A stretch of DNA of 62,337 nt, the filler included, from a bacterium (lineage in GTDB: Bacteria > UBA9089 > CG2-30-40-21 > SBAY01), in the NCBI GenBank assembly GCA_040757115.1. It is 9 parts of 9 records of this genome, joined end to end, with 100 filler letters (N's around TTAATTAATTAA, not from the genome) between each part and the next. Parts side by side here need not be neighbours in the genome. Positions count along the whole stretch, not along the records: positions 14,091 to 20,971 come from JBFLYA010000197.1; positions 21,072 to 27,919 come from JBFLYA010000198.1; positions 28,020 to 34,850 come from JBFLYA010000199.1; 6 more parts are not named here. One strand, 5' to 3'. The notes below the pieces were generated by a model. That model saw nothing but the letters and a program-made list of their open reading frames with translations, was not told where the DNA came from and made no database searches. The first letter of the stretch is position 1, and every line of letters begins with the position of its first letter. The translations under genes and the position numbers were made by a program. Shown one piece after another: positions 18,431 through 28,375 of this stretch.

Positions 18431-20749
18431 ATGAAAAAGAAGGCGTTATTAGTGGGAATAAATAGATATAAGTATGTGTCTTGTCTTAGAGGATGTGTGA
18501 ATGATGTCAAAAATATGAACCATATATTACAGACATATTTCGAATTTAAACAAGAGAATATCCGTTCTCTAATTGATGAAAGTGTTACTCGAGACCATCT
18601 TATGTCAAGATTAAGCTGGTTAATAGATGATGCTGAACCTGGAGATGTTCTGGTATTTCATTTCTCAGGACACGGCTCCCAGATAATTGATAGAGGCGTC
18701 CTTGATGAATTGAATGACCATAGGGACGAGATACTCTGTCTGTATGATATGGACTTCCGTAATGCAAACAGTTTTTTAACTGATGATGATTTTAGTAAAA
18801 CCTTTAACCGATTACCCAAAGGTGTGAATCTTTCGGTTATTATTGATTCCTGTCATTCAGGAACGGCAACTCGAGAAATAGAATCTTTACAAAGGGAGGT
18901 AAAAGCTACTCCTACTATCCAATATCGGTATCTTTTACCACCAGATGATATTGCTTTACGGGAAAGAAGTATTCCAATATCTGTAAGGCGATTTACAAAA
19001 TCCGTGGGGAGAAATTGTGCCGATGTGGGTATTAATCATATACTCTTAGCCGCCTGCGAAGATAGAGAGTCCGCCGCAGATGCCTATATAGCCGATAGTT
19101 TCAATGGCGCCTTTTCTTATAATTTATGCAAATGGATAAGAGATACTAATGGAAATTTAACCTATCAAGACCTGATAATTCGTGTTCAGAGAAGTCTCTT
19201 ACATAATGGGTTTGCCCAGAAACCACAATTAGAAGGACCACGGGAACTCCGGGGAAGAAAGATGTTCTCAGCAACAGAAGAGTCACCGGTTAGGGTTTCA
19301 GATTCTTTGTATAAAAACCGATATTGTATTACTCAAAAAAACTTATCTCTCCCCTTAGCTCAAGGAATGATACTTGGGACATCATCAGAGTTTAACGGCA
19401 CTGTCAGGGTAAATAATCTATCTTCATCCAAAACACGGGATTTAAGCAGAGAATCTAATCCGGAAGTAATTGAAGGATTAGAAAATGGAGGGTTTATAGT
19501 ATCAAATGTTTTAGAATTTCAGCCTGCAAAACAGCGCTCCTTAGACAAAGGAGAACAATTAGAACCACTTCAACTCCTGGTAGAATGTGGCCCGAATGAG
19601 GAAACCGTATTTTTAACCGCAGAAAATGGAATCTGGAAGTGGTATTTTGGTGAGTCAGAAAGAACCTATCGCACAGGGTTAAGAGCCCCTGGAGTAGAAT
19701 CACACATAAAATCTTTTAAAATACCCTTTATAACACAGGAAATTACTACCAGAGGTATCAGGAGTAAATTTATTTATTGTTTGAAGTTTATTAAAGATTG
19801 GGTTGATGAACAAGTGGAGAAAGCAATCAACGGGATTATCTTTAAAATAGAAGAAAAGAATGTTAAAGAGGGATTCAGGGTAATTACTGACGATTTTAAT
19901 AACATCCAACCTTTTAATGATTTGCCATCTTTAAAAGGCAAAAAGATATTACTCTTTATTCACGGGACATTTAGCTCAACCGCAGGTGGATTTGCTGCTA
20001 TTACAGGAGACACAATTAAAAGATGGAAAAATAAATATGATATGATATTAGGATTTGACCATAAAACATTATCAAAAACACCGGAAGAAAATAGCAGGGA
20101 GATGTTAGAAATTCTACCTGATGGTTTTCAGGTTGATATAATTTCTCATTCAAGAGGAGGATTGGTATTAAGGAGTTTAACAGAGTTATGCCAGAGTGAA
20201 TTAGTTAAAAAAGCGATAGTAGTTAATAAAGCGATAATGGTTGGAACACCAAATGCCGGCACAACTTTAGCCGACCCAACACGCTGGAAAACAATGGCTG
20301 ATTTGCTCACAACACTATTTAGTTTAACTGGCGGCGCCTGGTTAAAGATTGCATTACCTTTCCTTGCAGGAGTAATCAGATATCTTTCTTCTCAATTAGA
20401 CAAGCCGGAAGTTATCCCCGGATTATGGGCACAAAATCCTAACTCACCGTTTCTAACCAGACTAAATCAAAGTCAAAGTCCTACAAACACTACCTATGCG
20501 GCTATTACATCAGATTTCGAGCCAAGAAATTTCTTTCAGAAAGCAGTCCTTGAAAATATCCTGGATATGGTTGCTGATGCATTCTTTGGGTACGCTAATG
20601 ATATGGTGGTAAATACAAAAAATATGACCTCGATAGAAATAGCCGATGAATATCACCAACATTTTACTCAAGAAAGAAATGTTCATCATTGCAATTACTT
20701 TACTTTTAAAGAGACAATTGATGCCATAGAAAGATTTATGGAAACATAG
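18431..20749 (+). CDS. Metacaspase fused to a C-terminal alpha/beta hydrolase (lipase-like)
   Basis: FSGHGS and DSCHSG in the N-terminal domain; FIHGTFSS, SHSRGG, GTPNAGT, NDMVV and VHHCNYF in the C-terminal domain. Confidence 0.88.
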   Translation: MKKKALLVGINRYKYVSCLRGCVNDVKNMNHILQTYFEFKQENIRSLIDESVTRDHLMSRLSWLIDDAEPGDVLVFHFSGHGSQIIDRGVLDELNDHRDEILCLYDMDFRNANSFLTDDDFSKTFNRLPKGVNLSVIIDSCHSGTATREIESLQREVKATPTIQYRYLLPPDDIALRERSIPISVRRFTKSVGRNCADVGINHILLAACEDRESAADAYIADSFNGAFSYNLCKWIRDTNGNLTYQDLIIRVQRSLLHNGFAQKPQLEGPRELRGRKMFSATEESPVRVSDSLYKNRYCITQKNLSLPLAQGMILGTSSEFNGTVRVNNLSSSKTRDLSRESNPEVIEGLENGGFIVSNVLEFQPAKQRSLDKGEQLEPLQLLVECGPNEETVFLTAENGIWKWYFGESERTYRTGLRAPGVESHIKSFKIPFITQEITTRGIRSKFIYCLKFIKDWVDEQVEKAINGIIFKIEEKNVKEGFRVITDDFNNIQPFNDLPSLKGKKILLFIHGTFSSTAGGFAAITGDTIKRWKNKYDMILGFDHKTLSKTPEENSREMLEILPDGFQVDIISHSRGGLVLRSLTELCQSELVKKAIVVNKAIMVGTPNAGTTLADPTRWKTMADLLTTLFSLTGGAWLKIALPFLAGVIRYLSSQLDKPEVIPGLWAQNPNSPFLTRLNQSQSPTNTTYAAITSDFEPRNFFQKAVLENILDMVADAFFGYANDMVVNTKNMTSIEIADEYHQHFTQERNVHHCNYFTFKETIDAIERFMET

Positions 20750-20788
20750 AGACACCACACCTATTTATTTAGAATGTTAAAATTTTTG

Positions 20789-20971
20789 GTAAGCGTTCAG
20801 GTGGTGTAACAAAAGGAGATATGGAGATTAAGGGGATATTATTTAAAAAATTGAAATTAGTAGAAACTGATAGAAATTTATGGAAATTTGTTGTTTTCCA
20901 CAATCAATTTCTACCTATTTCTATAAATTTCAATCTATTTCTATTATCTTATCTCCATATCACTCTTATCT
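20789..20971 (+). mobile_element. GTAA-MITE A1, partial at contig end
   Basis: Matches 49994-50230. Confidence 0.85.
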
Positions 20972-21278
20972 NNNNNNNNNNNNNNNNNNNNNNNNNNNNN
21001 NNNNNNNNNNNNNNNTTAATTAATTAANNNNNNNNNNNNNNNNNNNNNNNNNNNNNNNNNNNNNNNNNNNNTACTAATAATTAATTTTTTAATTTTATTT
21101 TCAACCCCCAACCCCCAATCGTGGGGGATTTAATAAGGAATTAAGATTGTGGCATTCAAAATGACCAACAATATATATTATACGAGGACGATGAAAATAG
21201 TAGGTAGGAGATAGAAGGTAGGAGGTAAGGAGATAGGCATGAGGAGTGATGTTTTCTTTACTCTCTACTTTCTACTCT

Positions 21279-22490
21279 CTACTCTCTACTTTTTTTAGTT
21301 ACCTTAGCTATCATTTCTCCCTGATGAACTCTGATTTTTAAATCATCATCAACATTAACCTGACAGACATCTTTGATTACCTTGCCAGTAAGCAAATTAG
21401 AAGTAATGCTATAGCCCAAAGACAAGATGGCAAATGGTGATAAAATCGTAAGTCTATCCGTAAAGTTTTGCAATTTTGCCTGTTTTTGCTCCAGGAGGTG
21501 TGAAGTAAGAAGTAAAAGGGTGTTTGTGGCATCATCTACCCTTTGTTGAAATTGCAGGATAGTTTGATATGGATGTCTAAATACCGGGGAGTGCTGGCAT
21601 CTTTGTAATCTAATTAAAAACTGAGATAATTGAGATTTAACCGTATTTTTGAGGCGAATTAAAAGTGAATTTAATGTCTGGATTAATTCCTCCTTATTTT
21701 TAACTACTAACTCTGCCGCCGCAGAAGGCGTAGGGGCACGTAAATCTGCAACAAAATCGGCAATGGTAAAATCTGTTTCATGACCAACCGCAGAGATAAT
21801 TGGGATTTGCGAATTAAAGATAGTTCTGGCAAGGTTTTCATCATTAAATGCCCACAAATCTTCAATCGAGCCGCCACCACGACCAATAATAAGAACATCA
21901 GGCTTTTTTGCCATTTTATTAAATTCTTTAATCGCCTGACAAATTTCCTCTGGTGCCTCTTTACCCTGAACCCTGACTGGAAATATGAGTAATTCAATAT
22001 TATAAAATCGTCGACCGATTATATTTAAAATATCTCTAATTGCCGCACCGGTAAGAGAAGTGACGATGCCAACTTGTTGAGGAATAAGTGGTATGTTTTT
22101 TTTATGTGCTGGGTCAAATAATCCTTCCTTTTTTAATCGTTGTTTTAATTCTTCTAATGCGACATAAAGGGAACCTATGCCCGCAGGCTGGAGTTCATCA
22201 ACCAATATCTGGTATTCACCCCTTTTTTCATAGACACTAATCATTCCTCGCACAATCACTTTCATCCCATCTTCTACTCTATGTTGTAAAAAAGCAAGCC
22301 GACTACGAAACATCACAGCTTTTATCTGGGAATTTGCATCTTTTAAGGTAAAATACATATGACCTGAAGTAGGAATTGTTAAATTTGAGACCTCACCCTC
22401 TACCCAGACATTCGGGAAATTACCTTCAAGGATACTTTTTATGTTTTTAGTCAATTCGCTAATAGATAAAATATGTTTTTCCATCATCAT
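21279..22490 (-). CDS. xseA: Exodeoxyribonuclease VII large subunit
   Basis: WVEGEVSN, SGHMYFTLKD, RGGGSIEDLWAFNDE, SAVGHETD and TPSAAAE motifs. Confidence 0.95.
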   Translation of the reverse strand: MMMEKHILSISELTKNIKSILEGNFPNVWVEGEVSNLTIPTSGHMYFTLKDANSQIKAVMFRSRLAFLQHRVEDGMKVIVRGMISVYEKRGEYQILVDELQPAGIGSLYVALEELKQRLKKEGLFDPAHKKNIPLIPQQVGIVTSLTGAAIRDILNIIGRRFYNIELLIFPVRVQGKEAPEEICQAIKEFNKMAKKPDVLIIGRGGGSIEDLWAFNDENLARTIFNSQIPIISAVGHETDFTIADFVADLRAPTPSAAAELVVKNKEELIQTLNSLLIRLKNTVKSQLSQFLIRLQRCQHSPVFRHPYQTILQFQQRVDDATNTLLLLTSHLLEQKQAKLQNFTDRLTILSPFAILSLGYSITSNLLTGKVIKDVCQVNVDDDLKIRVHQGEMIAKVTKKSRE

Positions 22491-22518
22491 TTTATTAGAC
22501 TTTCGATTTCGGATTTTC

Positions 22519-22812
22519 GTAACCGTTCAGGTGGTAATTTACCGCAGAGACGCAGAGGAACAGAGAAGATATGGAAATAAATCAGATAACAGAAAAGATT
22601 ATTGGTGTAGCCATTGAAATACATAGGACCTGCTTGCCGAATGTTCAGCCGGCAAGCCAGATTTGTTAATCCATCCCTGATTTTCATCAGGGCAAGTTTA
22701 ATGTTGTTGTACTCAAGAGCTTGCACTGATGAAAATCAGGGATGTTAAGCCTATCGTAAATAAATTTTAATTTTCTTCTCTGCGTCTCTGTGTCTCTGCG
22801 GTGAACGGTTAC
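22519..22812 (+). mobile_element. GTAA-MITE subtype A2 carrying GxxExxY gene remnants (also 25289-25564, 37671-37924)
   Basis: TIR GTAACCGTTCA; 8-bp TSD GGATTTTC; internal MEINQITEKIIGVAIEIHRT from 22571. Confidence 0.9.
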
Positions 22813-24578
22813 GGATTTTCATAGTTGAATTTTATATCTTTAATATTCAACTGCACCGATTGTCTGTCTTGCCAGGTGTTTATTTGAGGCACATAGGCTA
22901 AGTCGATGGAAGTTGAATATTTCAAAGCCGTTATTTTATCGCCCATATCAAATCCAATGGCGTCATAACATTGAGCCTTAAGCCCGGAGTATGAAAAAAA
23001 GTTACCTTTTTCACTCTGTGCTCCCTGCTCTGTGCTACATACATCTTCTATTACCTTCATTTTAAGATGATTATTCCCGACAATCATTGGTTCACCTGAA
23101 ATTTCTAAAGAACTTGTTGAAAAGACAGGTTTTGGATTACCCAGGCCAAAAGGCGGAAGTAGGCTTTCTATTTCATTAATTAATGCCAAATTCACATCTT
23201 TTAGATTCACGGGCAAAACATTCAGGGAAGGTTGTAAATCGGTTTTTTTCAAGACGGTTTGGGCATAACCATTGATTCTTTCTCTAAATTCATCTATTTT
23301 ATGCGGTAAAATCGTTAATCCTACTGCTTGCTCATGACCGCCATAACTTTCTAATAAATCTTCGCATTGAACCAGGGCATTCAGAAGGTGGAAATTAGAA
23401 ATACTCCTTCCAGAACCTTTTCCCAGGCCATTTTGAGATGAGATAATTATTGTTGGCCGATAATATTTATCCACTATTTTTGAGGCAACAATTCCAATTA
23501 CTCCCTGATGCCAATTATCGTTTGCCAGAACAATGATATTTTTATCATCCTCGAGGACATCCGATTGTATTGCCTCACGAAAGATAGTCTCCTGGATGTT
23601 TTGTCTTTTTGTGTTATGGTCATTGAGTATTCTGACGATTTTTTCTGCCTCTTGAGATGATTGAGTCAGAAATAGTTTGATAACTAATTCTGCATCTTCT
23701 AATCTACCTATGGCATTAATTCGTGGTGCCAATTTAAAACTAATGTCAGAAGACTCAATTTTCTTCCCTTCAAGTCCGCAAACCTTAATGAGTGTCTTTA
23801 ATCCTATATTTTGGGTCATTGTAAGTTGTTTTAAGCCATATTTAACAATAATTCTATTTTCACCAGTTATCGGCACGACATCGGCTACTGTGCCCAGACA
23901 GGCAAATTCTATCAGGCTATTCAAATCAACCGTTGAATATCCTTCTTTCATAAGTCCTTGAATAAGTTTCATTACTACACCGACACCGGCTAAACTCTTG
24001 TCTGGATATTGACAGGTAGGTTGTTTAGGATTAATAATGGCAAAGGCAAAAGGGAGTTTTCCTTTTACCTCGTGGTGGTCACAAACAATGACATCCATTC
24101 CTAATGAATTGGCGTAATCTATCTCTTCTATCGCCGAAATCCCACAATCTACTGTAATGATAAGTTTTACCCCCTGAGAGTAAGCAAGTTCTATCCCATT
24201 TTTACTGACACCGTAGCCATCAACTAATCTTTTGGGAAGGTAATAGATAAGATTTGAAGTGTGATGATTTAAAGCCTGTATTAACAAGGTTATTGAAGTG
24301 ATGCCATCAACATCGTAGTCTCCATAGACTAAGATTTTTTCTTTTTTATTTAGTGCCAGTCTAATCCGCTCAACTGCTTTATCTAAGTCCTTGAGTAAAA
24401 ATGGATTATGCAAATCATTTAGATTGGGTCTAATGAATTTTTTAGCATCATCAGGTTCAGCTATCCCTCTACTAATGAGTATTTCAGCCGTAATAGGTAA
24501 AATCTGAAGTGCCTGGGTTAATTCAGTTACTTCCTTTTGAGTTATGCTCTGATTAATTTTCTTCCAGTTTTTTTCCAA
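22809..24578 (-). CDS. recJ: ssDNA exonuclease RecJ
   Basis: YGDYDVDG, ITVDCG, DHH, GTVADVVP, PRINA.GR, GSGRS and GGH motifs. Confidence 0.95.
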   Translation of the reverse strand: MEKNWKKINQSITQKEVTELTQALQILPITAEILISRGIAEPDDAKKFIRPNLNDLHNPFLLKDLDKAVERIRLALNKKEKILVYGDYDVDGITSITLLIQALNHHTSNLIYYLPKRLVDGYGVSKNGIELAYSQGVKLIITVDCGISAIEEIDYANSLGMDVIVCDHHEVKGKLPFAFAIINPKQPTCQYPDKSLAGVGVVMKLIQGLMKEGYSTVDLNSLIEFACLGTVADVVPITGENRIIVKYGLKQLTMTQNIGLKTLIKVCGLEGKKIESSDISFKLAPRINAIGRLEDAELVIKLFLTQSSQEAEKIVRILNDHNTKRQNIQETIFREAIQSDVLEDDKNIIVLANDNWHQGVIGIVASKIVDKYYRPTIIISSQNGLGKGSGRSISNFHLLNALVQCEDLLESYGGHEQAVGLTILPHKIDEFRERINGYAQTVLKKTDLQPSLNVLPVNLKDVNLALINEIESLLPPFGLGNPKPVFSTSSLEISGEPMIVGNNHLKMKVIEDVCSTEQGAQSEKGNFFSYSGLKAQCYDAIGFDMGDKITALKYSTSIDLAYVPQINTWQDRQSVQLNIKDIKFNYENP

Positions 24579-24927
24579 TTTAATCTCCTTTTAAGTAGTC
24601 AGTAGAGAGTAGTCAGTAGTCAGTTCTCTACTCTCTACTCTCTACCTATATTTTATCTCCTTTCTTGTAATCTTCAACATTATAACCATCTTTTTTCCCT
24701 TCTTCCTAAGATTATATACCATAATCTTAATTTATGCAACTAATTTTTATTCTAACTTTCGCATTTTGAAGAAACAGAGGTAGGAATATCAAGGGTTTAC
24801 AGAGTTTTAGACACTACATTACCTGAATATCTTTTCTACCGCAGGTCAGCCAATCTGCAATATTTTCATTGACAATGAAAACTTTTCGTATTATACTTTC
24901 ATCTAAAATGAAAATAAAGGGATTCTG

Positions 24928-25027
24928 ATGAATAAAGATGTGCTAAAAGAGATAGTTATAGAACAACAAGAGCTCATAAAAAGCAAAGAAATAGGGGTAA
25001 AAAGAGAGGTCTTAGATAAGATTGGGG
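24928..25027 (+). pseudogene. N-terminus of an AAA_14-type ATPase, cut by a MITE
   Basis: MNKDVLKEIVIEQQELIKSKEIGVKRE ends at the TIR at 25028. Confidence 0.5.
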
Positions 25028-25575
25028 GTAACTATTCAGCCACTGATTAACACGGATTAGCACGGATAAGTAGCAGAGGACAGAGGAGAGAGGGCAGAGG
25101 ACAGAGGACAACAGGAGGAAAAATCTTCAGCCTAACTACGGACACGATTTACGAATTTTCAGTGTTTCATCCGTGTCCATCTGTGGCTGAATAGTTACAC
25201 CTAAAGAAAGAGGCAGAAGAGACAACCCAAATCCTTAAAAGCCTGTAATTTTAGTTTGACTTTTTTGGGATTATTTAGTATAATAAAGGTAACCGTTCAG
25301 GTGGTAATTTACCGCAGAGACGCAGAGGAACAGAGAAGAGATAGAAATAAATCAGATAACAGAAAAGATTATTGGTGCAGCCATTGAAATACATAGGACC
25401 TGCTTGCCGAATGTTCAGCAGGCAAACCAGATTTGTTAATCAATTTTAATGTTGCGCTGCTCAAGAGATTGCCCTGATGAAAATCAGGGATGGAATTGTT
25501 GCGTATCTTAAATAGATTTTAATTTTTTTCTCTGCGTCTCTGTGTCTCTGCGGTGAACGGTTACTAATAGAGATT

Positions 25576-26034
25576 ATGGAGGATGTAAAAAAAATGGAAG
25601 TAAGTAAATCACGCATTAAAGATTTAACGAAGTTTCTACCTATTACTTCTGGCCAAAATATATCCATCTATATTGTAAGTCAAACATTCACAAACAACTT
25701 CCCTCCACCTAAGAATCCATTCTGGGTGCCATCTCAAGAAGAAGACTCCTCTATTAAACCCCTTGATATTGACCCGAAGTTTTTCCTTGAAGAGAAAGCA
25801 TTTTACAAGATGAAGGATGAACTTTACGAAAAATATCCTGAAAAATGGGTAGCCATCTCTGGTGGTAAAGTAATTGATGTAGATGAAGATGATGGCAGAT
25901 TGGCAGAAAGGGTATATAAAAAGCCTGGTCTAACAATTTATATCAATAAACTGACCAAAGAGTCCAGGCTCGCATTCCTATCATCTCCTATAGGGCTTCA
26001 CGAAATTCCCTCACCCAAATATAGAAAAGATTAG
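25576..26034 (+). CDS. Hypothetical protein with a DUF5678-like C-terminal domain
   Basis: E..AF..MKDEL..KYPEKWVAISGGKVID.DED...LAERVY. Confidence 0.6.
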   Translation: MEDVKKMEVSKSRIKDLTKFLPITSGQNISIYIVSQTFTNNFPPPKNPFWVPSQEEDSSIKPLDIDPKFFLEEKAFYKMKDELYEKYPEKWVAISGGKVIDVDEDDGRLAERVYKKPGLTIYINKLTKESRLAFLSSPIGLHEIPSPKYRKD

Positions 26035-26290
26035 AGGTGGAGGACAGATATTCCCCCTTAATAAAGGGGGTTAGGGGGTTGTAAGTATATAAAGGGGGTT
26101 AGACTAATAAAAATAATCACACAGAGACACAAAGTCACAAAGGAATTGAATAAAACAATAAACCTTTGTGTTCTTTGTGGCTTTGTGTGAGAAAATAAAA
26201 AGGAGATATTTTAGGGTCAACCGTGAATGTGGAATGCACAATAATTCGGTGAGGCAGAGGAAAAGGAAAAGACAGCGAATCAAAGCTTTT

Positions 26291-26422
26291 GTCTAACCCT
26301 GCGTTGCAGTTGACGGCGGGGGACTGTGCCGTGGTCAGAGTTTTGTGGTCTCTCAAAGTTTTATCTTGCTATCAAACTTTTGTGGTAATCCTCCCCGCCG
26401 CACCTGAACTTTATCGTTAGAC
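26291..26422 (+). other. Integron attC site (132 bp)
   Basis: R'' GTCTAAC and R' GTTAGAC are exactly complementary; TTGCAG..GGCGGGG / CCCCGCC..CTGAA arms. Confidence 0.8.
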
Positions 26423-26440
26423 CTTAAAAGTAGCCAGAAT

Positions 26441-27469
26441 GTGATCATCTATTCCCCAAGACGCTTTGGCAAAACCTCACTTATCTTAGAGACTATCCAT
26501 CGCCTAAAAAAAGAGGGTTTTCCCTGCATCTATATTGATGTCTCTACCATTACCTCAAAGAGGGATTTTGCACAAAGGCTGGCATCTACTATCGCTAAAG
26601 AAACCTCAAAGGGAATTTCTGAAGCAGTAAGAAAGATAAAAGAGAACATACCTAAAATTACACCAAAGATTGTTTTAAAAGGTGAAGGGGATATGGAGTT
26701 TTTCGTAGAATTTGAAGACAAAAAATCGGATATGGATAAACTCCTTTTAAATTTATATGACCTTCCCCAGAGAATAGCGGAAAAGAAGAAAAAGAAGCTT
26801 ATCGTTGCCTTCGATGAATTTCAGGAGATACAAAGACTTGATGGTGAAGATATTGAGAAAAATTTGAGGGCAAAGATTCAACATCACAGTGATGTCGCCT
26901 ATGTATTTATGGGAAGCAAACGCCATCTTATGGAGCGGATATTTAACGATAAAACAAGGGCTTTTTATAAGATTGGAAAACATCTTAGCTTAAGAATGAT
27001 TCCCAAAGAAGAATTTAGTGCCTTTATCATAAAAAGGCTTAAAGAGACAGGAATAAGAATAGAATTACCATTGGTTGATGAGATTCTTAAAATTACTGCG
27101 TGCCATCCTTATTATACCCAAATGCTTATGCATGAGATATGGAATGAATCATATCCTGAGAGGGTAATTACTGCTGAATCAGTCAAAAGGGGGATGGAAC
27201 AAGTCTTTTTAAATCAGGAATCCCTTTTTGTTAATTTATGGGATTCGGTGTCCTCAAAACAAAGAAACCTTTTGGTTGCTTTATCCGCTGATGAGGAACT
27301 ATCTCTTTGTGCCCAGTCAACGATTATAAAATACGAGCTGGGTTCAGCGGCTACGGTGAATAAATCTTTAAAGGCATTAGAGAATAAAGAGCTGGTTGAG
27401 CAAAAAGGAGAAAGATATAGGATACAAGATATATTCTTTAAAGAATGGGTTAAGGCTCGGGGAAGTTAA
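26441..27469 (+). CDS. AAA ATPase (archaeal-ATPase-like) with C-terminal wHTH, N-terminus missing
   Basis: SPRRFGKTSL Walker A, FDEFQ Walker B, GS, CHPYYTQ and QDIFFKEW motifs. Confidence 0.8.
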   Translation: MIIYSPRRFGKTSLILETIHRLKKEGFPCIYIDVSTITSKRDFAQRLASTIAKETSKGISEAVRKIKENIPKITPKIVLKGEGDMEFFVEFEDKKSDMDKLLLNLYDLPQRIAEKKKKKLIVAFDEFQEIQRLDGEDIEKNLRAKIQHHSDVAYVFMGSKRHLMERIFNDKTRAFYKIGKHLSLRMIPKEEFSAFIIKRLKETGIRIELPLVDEILKITACHPYYTQMLMHEIWNESYPERVITAESVKRGMEQVFLNQESLFVNLWDSVSSKQRNLLVALSADEELSLCAQSTIIKYELGSAATVNKSLKALENKELVEQKGERYRIQDIFFKEWVKARGS

Positions 27470-27695
27470 TCAGCAGGGTCAAGGCTAAAGGCTCAAGGCT
27501 CTCTGAAAAAGCATGTTTCATCCCTTGAGGCCTAAATCCTTGAGCAAATTATGGAACAGCTAAACACATACGAAAAAAGTATAGAGTTCCCCGTAAGGGG
27601 AAGTATTTTAGAATGCCCTAAGTGCAAGAGAATGTCAGATGAGGTTTTATTGATAGATATTGGTGGACACAACGAAGTTTACTGAGTAGATTATT

Positions 27696-27919
27696 GTAAC
27701 CGTTCAGGATATAGCCACAGAGTCACAGAGAACACAGAGGGAATATATAACCACGAATGAACACGAATAATAAAAAGATTTGTAGTGCGAGACTTTAGCC
27801 TCGCTTCTGGCAAGCAGGAAAGCGAACCTAATTGCTTTTTCATAAATAGGTTCCTCTTTTGGGGAGAGCGATAGCAAGAAGAACTTTAATGTAAATATCA
27901 AAATGCAAATATCAAAATT
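27696..27919 (+). mobile_element. GTAA-MITE variant, partial at contig end
   Basis: GTAACCGTTCAGG followed by CACAGAG/CACGAAT repeats. Confidence 0.65.
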
Positions 27920-28019
27920 NNNNNNNNNNNNNNNNNNNNNNNNNNNNNNNNNNNNNNNNNNNNTTAATTAATTAANNNNNNNNNNNNNNNNNNNNNNNNN
28001 NNNNNNNNNNNNNNNNNNN

Positions 28020-28312
28020 AGAGCAAAATGCAAAAAGCAAATATAAAAATTACATATCAAAATGTAAAATTATCTCTTTCCTTTCAGCGTTAAAATACTT
28101 GAAGCAAAGATATTACCAAATTCCTCCAACTCTTTGAGAAATCCTGCTACTTCCTCTTTGAAATTTGATTTGTAATTTTGCATTTTGATATTTATATTTG
28201 ATATTTAATATTTGATATTTGATATTTGATATTTATTTGTTGTCTCCCTCAAATCCTATTTTGCAGAACCCTATACACTATTTTAACCTTTATGCTAGAT
28301 TAAGACACCACC
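28020..28312. mobile_element. Composite MITE end: TAG-type right end inside a GGTGGTGTCT-type element
   Basis: TTTTGCAGAACCCTA followed by AGACACCACC, the same junction as at 37375-37428. Confidence 0.75.
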
Positions 28313-28319
28313 AGATTCT

Positions 28320-28375
28320 GTAACTGTTCACCGCAGAGACGCAGGCGTCTCTGTGTCTCTGCGGTGAACGGTTAC
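28320..28375. mobile_element. Minimal 56-bp GTAA-MITE hairpin
   Basis: GTAACTGTTCACCGCAGAGAC / GTCTCTGCGGTGAACGGTTAC. Confidence 0.8.

Noticed and set aside
20821-21027. Recurrent small ORFs such as MKLIETNRNLWKF (also 34459, 50093, 52421) and those at 47172, 57010, 61384
   Set aside because: Chance frames inside MITE copies, with inconsistent starts and ends.
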